The translations under genes and the position numbers were made by a program. A DNA stretch of 63,910 nucleotides, filler included. It is 4 parts of 4 records of this genome, joined end to end, with 100 filler letters (N's around TTAATTAATTAA, not from the genome) between each part and the next. Parts side by side here need not be neighbours in the genome. Positions count along the whole stretch, not along the records: positions 58,863 to 63,910 come from SRR20825019_2236; 3 more parts are not named here. The stretch is one strand, 5' to 3'. A model generated the notes under the pieces. It had not been told where the DNA came from. It was given only the letters and a program-made list of their open reading frames with translations, and made no database searches. Positions 58,863 to 63,910 of this stretch are shown here, piece by piece (within the stretch, counting starts at the first letter, position 1; every line of letters begins with the position of its first letter).

Positions 58863-58964
58863 GAGCGGTTCACCGTTTCACGGAAACGCTGCCCCGCTCT
58901 ATCCATCAGTTTTTCCGCATTTGTGCGGACGTCAGGTGTTTCCATCTGACTGCAAAATGTCTAG
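58863..58964. repeat. Rhizobiales RIME/Bru-RS-like palindromic element
   Basis: GAGCGGTTCACCGTTTCACGGAAACGCTGCCCCGCTCTA hairpin, then a second hairpin ending in CTAG. Confidence 0.7.
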
Positions 58965-60118
58965 TCCTGCTTCGGCAGATTGTTGGCGCGTCTCGCCATT
59001 TCCGCCTCGTTGGTCGGCTGTTCGGTGAAGCCCTCGATATCGGAGACTTCCTCCACGTCGCGCTCGATCTCCATGGGGCTTGCCACGTAAGCAGTAGCAA
59101 GCTCGGCAACCGAACGCAGCGCATGAACGTGAATGCGCTCATACCCGTGGGAAGCATCGATACCGAAAGCGATCAGCGCCGTGCGCACATCATGGCCGGC
59201 CTCGATTGCGGAAGCGGAATCGGAGCGGTAGTAACGAAACACATCCTTCTGATAGCGAATGTCTTCCTCACGGCACAGTTCGACGAGCTTCTTCGTGAGA
59301 TGATAATCGAATGGCCCGGCCTGGTCGGCCATGGCGATGGTGACGCCGAATTCCGCAGAGTTCTGCCCCGGTGCTGTCGTTCCGTTGTCTATGGTCACCA
59401 TGGAGGCTATCTCTGGCGTCACGATCGAGGCGGCGCCCACCCCAACCTCTTCGGCGATAGTGAAAAGCCAGTGCGTATCGACCGGCAACGTCACCTCGTT
59501 GCCGAGAAGCGATTCCAGTGCTGCAAGCGCGATGGCAACGCCGGCCTTGTCATCGAGGTGCCGTGAAACGATGAAGCCGTTTTCAAGAAATTCAGGTTGC
59601 GGGTCGATGGCGACGAAATCGCCGACGTCGATGCCCAGATTGTGCGCGTCGGCACGGTTCCAGCACATGGCATCAACACGCAGTTCCACATAGTCCCAGC
59701 CAACCGGCATGGTGTCGACGTCGTCGTTGAAGGTGTGTCCGGACGCCTTCAACGGTAAAATTGAGCCCCGATAGGTCCCCTTTTCGGTGTAAAGCGTTGC
59801 CCGTGCGCCTTCGGCGAAGCGCGCCGACCAATGACCGATAGGGATGAGTTCGAAGCGACCATTGTCCTTGATGTATTTGACCTGAGCGCCCAGCGTATCG
59901 AGATGGGTGACGATGGCGCGTGCGCCTTCGCGACGGCCACCGCGCACAACGGCTCGAATAGCGCCTCGCCGTGTCAGCTCGGGTTCGAGCCCCAGACGCT
60001 CCAGCTCCGTCGTGACATGTCGGACGATCGTGTCAGTGTAACCAGTGGGACTGTCGATCTCCAGAAGCGCCTTGAGCTGTTCGACCAGATAGGAAACGTC
60101 GATCTTCAGTCGCGACAT
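58961..60118 (-). CDS. NAGGN system M42 family peptidase
   Basis: SPTG, HLDTLG, RHLDDKAG, EEVG and SHGYER motifs; downstream of ngg. Confidence 0.93.
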   Translation of the reverse strand: MSRLKIDVSYLVEQLKALLEIDSPTGYTDTIVRHVTTELERLGLEPELTRRGAIRAVVRGGRREGARAIVTHLDTLGAQVKYIKDNGRFELIPIGHWSARFAEGARATLYTEKGTYRGSILPLKASGHTFNDDVDTMPVGWDYVELRVDAMCWNRADAHNLGIDVGDFVAIDPQPEFLENGFIVSRHLDDKAGVAIALAALESLLGNEVTLPVDTHWLFTIAEEVGVGAASIVTPEIASMVTIDNGTTAPGQNSAEFGVTIAMADQAGPFDYHLTKKLVELCREEDIRYQKDVFRYYRSDSASAIEAGHDVRTALIAFGIDASHGYERIHVHALRSVAELATAYVASPMEIERDVEEVSDIEGFTEQPTNEAEMARRANNLPKQD

Positions 60119-60214
60119 GCATACCCCTTGAATTGCCCATTTCGCCCGGCCTCGCTTCAGCCCGGCTGCGATTATCTGAGCAGACCGTCGGGCCTGCACG
60201 CTGCGTGAAACCCG

Positions 60215-62029
60215 CTACCCTCTGGGGGCCAATGCCCGTTCCGCCGATTTAACGCCGGAGCGCGGGAAAAGCAGATCGACGAAGCGCTCTGCAGTGGGCT
60301 GCGGTTCGTGGTTCGCAAGGCCAGGCCGTTCATTGGCTTCGATGAAGACATAATCTGACTGGCCCGGCGACCGGACCATAAGGTCAATGCCGACAACCGG
60401 AATGTCAATGGCCCGCGCTGCGGTGCAGGCCGCGCGGACCAGATCCGGATGCACCTTCTCGGTAACGTCATGAATGGAGCCGCCGGTGTGGAGATTTGCC
60501 GTTTTCCGGACCACCACTTCCTGGCCTTCAGGCAAGACGCTCGACATCTCAAAGCCGAGACCAGCCACACAACGCCTCGTCTCGTCGTCAATGGGGATCC
60601 GGCTCTCGCCGCCCGTTGCCGCCGCGCGCCGGCGCGACTGCTTTTCAATCAGTTCCCCAATGGTCTTGTGACCGTCACCCACCACACGGGGCGCACGGCG
60701 CACCGCTGCGGCAACGAGACGATAATCGATCACCACCAGACGCAGGTCCTCGCCCTCGAAACAGGCCTCGATGAGAACGCGGTCGGAAAGCTCGCGGGCG
60801 ATGCGTATCGCATTCTTCGTTTCGTCGAGCGTTTCGAGACCGACGGCAACGCCCTTGCCCTGTTCACCGCGCGCCGGCTTCACCACAACACGCCCGTGCT
60901 TGTGCAGGAATGCTTCGAGCACCGCGTCATCATCCACGGCCTCCATCTGCTCCGGCACGATCAACCCCGCGCGTTCCACCACGCGGCGGGTGACGGCCTT
61001 GTCGTCGCAGATTGACATGGCGACAGCCGAGGTAAGCTCCGAGAGACTTTCCCGGCACTGGATCGAACGGCCACCGAAAGAGAGGCGGAAAAAGCCGCCT
61101 TCGGCATCCGTTACATCCACTGCGACACCGCGCCGGTGGGCCTCATCCACTATCAACCGCGCATAGGGATTAAGACGGTCAAAATCCGCAGGAGGATGTG
61201 TGAAGAGTTTTTCGTTGATGGGGTTCTTCCGCTTGACCGCAAACACCGGAACGCGGTGGAAGCCGAGCTTTTCATAGAGCGCGATGGCCTGGTCATTGTC
61301 ATGCATGACCGAGAGATCCATGAAGCCTGCACCCCGCGCGGCGAAATGCTCGGCCAGCCGTCTTACCAGCATCTCGCCCACTCCGGCGTGGCGGCACTGG
61401 GGATCGACCGCAAGACACCAAAGCGAGGAACCGTTTTCTGGGTCCTGGAACACGCGGCGGTGATCGACCCCCGTAACCGTTCCCAGAATGTCTCCGGTCT
61501 GGTCGTCTTCAGCTACGAAATAGGTGACAGCGCGGCTGTCACGGTTGGTCCAGAAGAAGTCCGGGCGCACCGTGACCATGCCGCGGCTCTGGTAGATGGC
61601 GTTGACGGCATTTGCGTCTGCCTCCGAGGTCAGGCGCCGAATGAAAAAACCGCGTGGCTGCCGCCGGCTCGGCCGATAGGTCGCAAGATCGAGCCGATAG
61701 GTGTGCGACGGATCAAGGAAGAGCTCCTGCGGCGCCATCGAAAGGAGCACATGCGGATCGCGTATATAGAAGGCGATGTCGCGCCGCGCCGGCCCCTCGT
61801 CTCGCAGCGCTCCCGCAAGTTTTTCATTGGTGTCGAAGGTCTGTGCGAAGAGAAGCCGTCCCCAACCAAGTTCCAGAGAGACATGCTTGTCCTGTTGAGC
61901 GGAGGACTGATCTGCCGGCGCACTGGTCGGCTTCATGGTTTCGCTGCGCAAACGTTTCAGGCGATAGCCGAGCGCCTTGTCACTACGCCCGCGCGAGGCA
62001 CGCAAAGCCACATCCTCTTTCTTGGCCAT
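60215..62029 (-). CDS. ngg: N-acetylglutaminylglutamine synthetase (GNAT plus ATP-grasp)
   Basis: GWGRL, GNAT domain (LWCLAVDPQ) and ATP-grasp (VVKP..GEQG, IEANERPGL). Confidence 0.93.
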   Translation of the reverse strand: MAKKEDVALRASRGRSDKALGYRLKRLRSETMKPTSAPADQSSAQQDKHVSLELGWGRLLFAQTFDTNEKLAGALRDEGPARRDIAFYIRDPHVLLSMAPQELFLDPSHTYRLDLATYRPSRRQPRGFFIRRLTSEADANAVNAIYQSRGMVTVRPDFFWTNRDSRAVTYFVAEDDQTGDILGTVTGVDHRRVFQDPENGSSLWCLAVDPQCRHAGVGEMLVRRLAEHFAARGAGFMDLSVMHDNDQAIALYEKLGFHRVPVFAVKRKNPINEKLFTHPPADFDRLNPYARLIVDEAHRRGVAVDVTDAEGGFFRLSFGGRSIQCRESLSELTSAVAMSICDDKAVTRRVVERAGLIVPEQMEAVDDDAVLEAFLHKHGRVVVKPARGEQGKGVAVGLETLDETKNAIRIARELSDRVLIEACFEGEDLRLVVIDYRLVAAAVRRAPRVVGDGHKTIGELIEKQSRRRAAATGGESRIPIDDETRRCVAGLGFEMSSVLPEGQEVVVRKTANLHTGGSIHDVTEKVHPDLVRAACTAARAIDIPVVGIDLMVRSPGQSDYVFIEANERPGLANHEPQPTAERFVDLLFPRSGVKSAERALAPRG

Positions 62030-62032
62030 CGG

Positions 62033-63808
62033 TCACACCCCGTGGGTTTGCAGCCAGAGTTCGAGCAGCCCTACCTGCCAGAGTTCGGAACCGCGCAAGG
62101 GCGTAATGTGATCAGCCGGCGCGGCGTATAGCGTATCCAGATAGTCCTGACGGAACAGGCCGCGCTCACGCGCCGACTGCGACGATAGCGCATCGCGCAC
62201 CATGTCGAGATAGGGCCCATCGACATATTTAAGTTGTGGCACCGGGAAATAACCCTTTTTCCGGTCGATGACCTCGTTTGGCACTACCTGCCTCGCGACC
62301 TCTTTCAGCACACCCTTCCCGCCCTGTTTGAGCTTTTCTTCGGGCGGGATGCGGGCAGCTAGCTCCACCAGTTCATGATCGAGGAAAGGCACCCGTGCCT
62401 CAAGCCCCCAGGCCATGGTCATGTTGTCTACCCGCTTGACCGGATCATCGACGAGCATGACGGTGGAATCGAGCCGCAGCGCGGCGTCGACCGGAGTATC
62501 GGCCCCTGCTCGCGTGAGATGTGCCGACACGAGTTCGCGGCTTGCATCACGATCCGCGATCCACTCAGGCGAGAGCTGCCTGCTCAGGGTTTCGTGCGAA
62601 CGATCGAAAAAGACCCTGGCGTAATCGTCCACCACATCATTGGAGCTCATCAACGGCGGATACCAGTGATAGCCACCGAAAATTTCGTCGGCGCCCTGCC
62701 CCGACTGCACGACCTTGATGTGTTTCGATACTTCCTTGGAGAGGAGATAGAAGCCGACATTGTCGTAAGAGACCATGGGTTCCGACATGGCCGCAAACGT
62801 GCCCGGTAGCGCATCCATCAGATCGGCCGACGGCACGAAGATCTTGTGGTGATCGGTGCCGAATTCTTTGGCGATCAGATCGGAATAAATGAATTCATCG
62901 CCCTTTTCGCCATTGGCCTCCTCGAAACCGACGGAGAAGGTCATGAGACCCTTCTGGCCGGCCTCGGCGAGAAGCCCGACGATGAGGCTGGAATCCACAC
63001 CCCCCGAAAGCAGGACGCCTACCGGAACGTCGGCCACCATGCGGCGCTTGACGGCAAGACGCAGGGCTTCCAGGGTCCGGTCCCGCCATTCATCGGGAGA
63101 AAGCGCAGCCATTTCGGGATCGCGCGCGAAGGGCGGATCCCAATAGACCCGATCCCGCTGCTTACCATCGGCTTCGATGATCCGGATGGTGGCGGGGGGA
63201 AGTTTCTTCACGCCATTGAGGATGGTGCGCGGCGGGGGGACGACCGCGTGGAATGTCATGTAGTGATGCAGCGCATGGCGATCGATGGACCTGTCCACGT
63301 CCCCGGCTGCCAACAGGGCTGGAAGCGAGGAGGCGAAGCGAATACGTTCCGGCGTTTCCGCCAGATAGAGCGGCTTGATGCCGAAACGGTCTCGCGCCAT
63401 CACCACGCGACCCGTCTCACGTTCCCGGAGAACAAAGGCAAACATGCCGTGAAACCGGTTCACACAATCTTCGCCCCAGGCGTGCCAGGCTTTGAGGATG
63501 ACCTCGGTATCGCCGGTGGAGAAGAAGCGATAGCCTCTGCTTTCCAGCTCGGCGCGCAATTCGGGATAGTTGTAGATGCAGCCGTTGAAGGCGATGGTGA
63601 GGCCCAGTTCGGCATCTTCCATGGGCTGCCGGGCCTTTTCCGACAGATCGATGATTTTCAGCCGCCGATGGCCGAACGCCGCGCTGCCATGAATGACGGC
63701 GCCGGCGCCATCAGGTCCGCGCGGCGCAAGACAGTCCATCATTTTCGAAAGAGCGACAGGTGAGGCAGGGCGGCCATCAAGCCGCAGTTCTCCGCAGATT
63801 CCGCACAT
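62033..63808 (-). CDS. asnO: N-acetylglutaminylglutamine amidotransferase
   Basis: MCGICG Ntn-amidotransferase start, RGPD, LSGGVDS and GQGADE; operon with ngg. Confidence 0.93.
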   Translation of the reverse strand: MCGICGELRLDGRPASPVALSKMMDCLAPRGPDGAGAVIHGSAAFGHRRLKIIDLSEKARQPMEDAELGLTIAFNGCIYNYPELRAELESRGYRFFSTGDTEVILKAWHAWGEDCVNRFHGMFAFVLRERETGRVVMARDRFGIKPLYLAETPERIRFASSLPALLAAGDVDRSIDRHALHHYMTFHAVVPPPRTILNGVKKLPPATIRIIEADGKQRDRVYWDPPFARDPEMAALSPDEWRDRTLEALRLAVKRRMVADVPVGVLLSGGVDSSLIVGLLAEAGQKGLMTFSVGFEEANGEKGDEFIYSDLIAKEFGTDHHKIFVPSADLMDALPGTFAAMSEPMVSYDNVGFYLLSKEVSKHIKVVQSGQGADEIFGGYHWYPPLMSSNDVVDDYARVFFDRSHETLSRQLSPEWIADRDASRELVSAHLTRAGADTPVDAALRLDSTVMLVDDPVKRVDNMTMAWGLEARVPFLDHELVELAARIPPEEKLKQGGKGVLKEVARQVVPNEVIDRKKGYFPVPQLKYVDGPYLDMVRDALSSQSARERGLFRQDYLDTLYAAPADHITPLRGSELWQVGLLELWLQTHGV

Positions 63809-63859
63809 GGATAGCGATCTGATCCCTTGTTTGTCGTTGCGTCGGAGCGTATTTTAGTT

Positions 63860-63873
63860 ATAGTTATAACTAT
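63860..63873. promoter_or_regulatory. Perfect 14-bp palindrome, putative operator upstream of asnO
   Basis: ATAGTTATAACTAT, preceded by an extra TAGTTA half-site. Confidence 0.6.
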
Positions 63874-63910
63874 TAGATGTCAAATTAATGGCGTCCGCAT
63901 GACTTCAGAG

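Noticed and set aside
58961-63808. GNAT/ATP-grasp, amidotransferase and peptidase trio as a novel peptide pathway
   Set aside because: It matches the known NAGGN osmoprotectant operon.

Overview
The window is not one locus. It is four contigs joined by 100-bp N spacers that carry an artificial TTAATTAATTAA linker (23658-23757, 51944-52043, 58763-58862). (1) 1-23657 is Rhizobiales-type chromosomal DNA: prfC (5'-truncated), cueR, dxr, hemA with FNR-like and Irr-like boxes, tamAB, a GluR0-like ligand-gated channel, guaA, tspO and a DUF1513/imelysin/di-haem peroxidase cluster. (2) 23758-51943 looks like Verrucomicrobia (Opitutales; inferred from gene style): pepF, hisN, queF, RNase Y, an exosortase-EpsI and glycosyltransferase locus, rodA, RNase E/G, a sigma-54 two-component pair interrupted by a four-helix-bundle gene, and several REP-type repeats. 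(3) 52044-58762 is the early/recombination arm of an alphaproteobacterial prophage: Bet-like annealase, HNH, PAPS-reductase-like protein, WYL-like fusion, xis and int, ending at the 3' end of a probable tRNA-Leu. (4) 58863-63910 is the Rhizobiales NAGGN osmolyte operon (asnO, ngg, M42 peptidase). The most striking unexplained structure is in contig 2. Directly after a stop codon there is a C-GNA-G triloop hairpin, then a tandem heptamer array, then a spacer, then the inverted heptamer array just before the next gene. It occurs once with a four-helix-bundle (IVP/Avd-like) gene as the spacer (50059-50540) and once empty (32317-32433). This suggests a family of insertion or regulatory elements linked to four-helix-bundle proteins. 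All calls come from reading the sequence; no searches were run.
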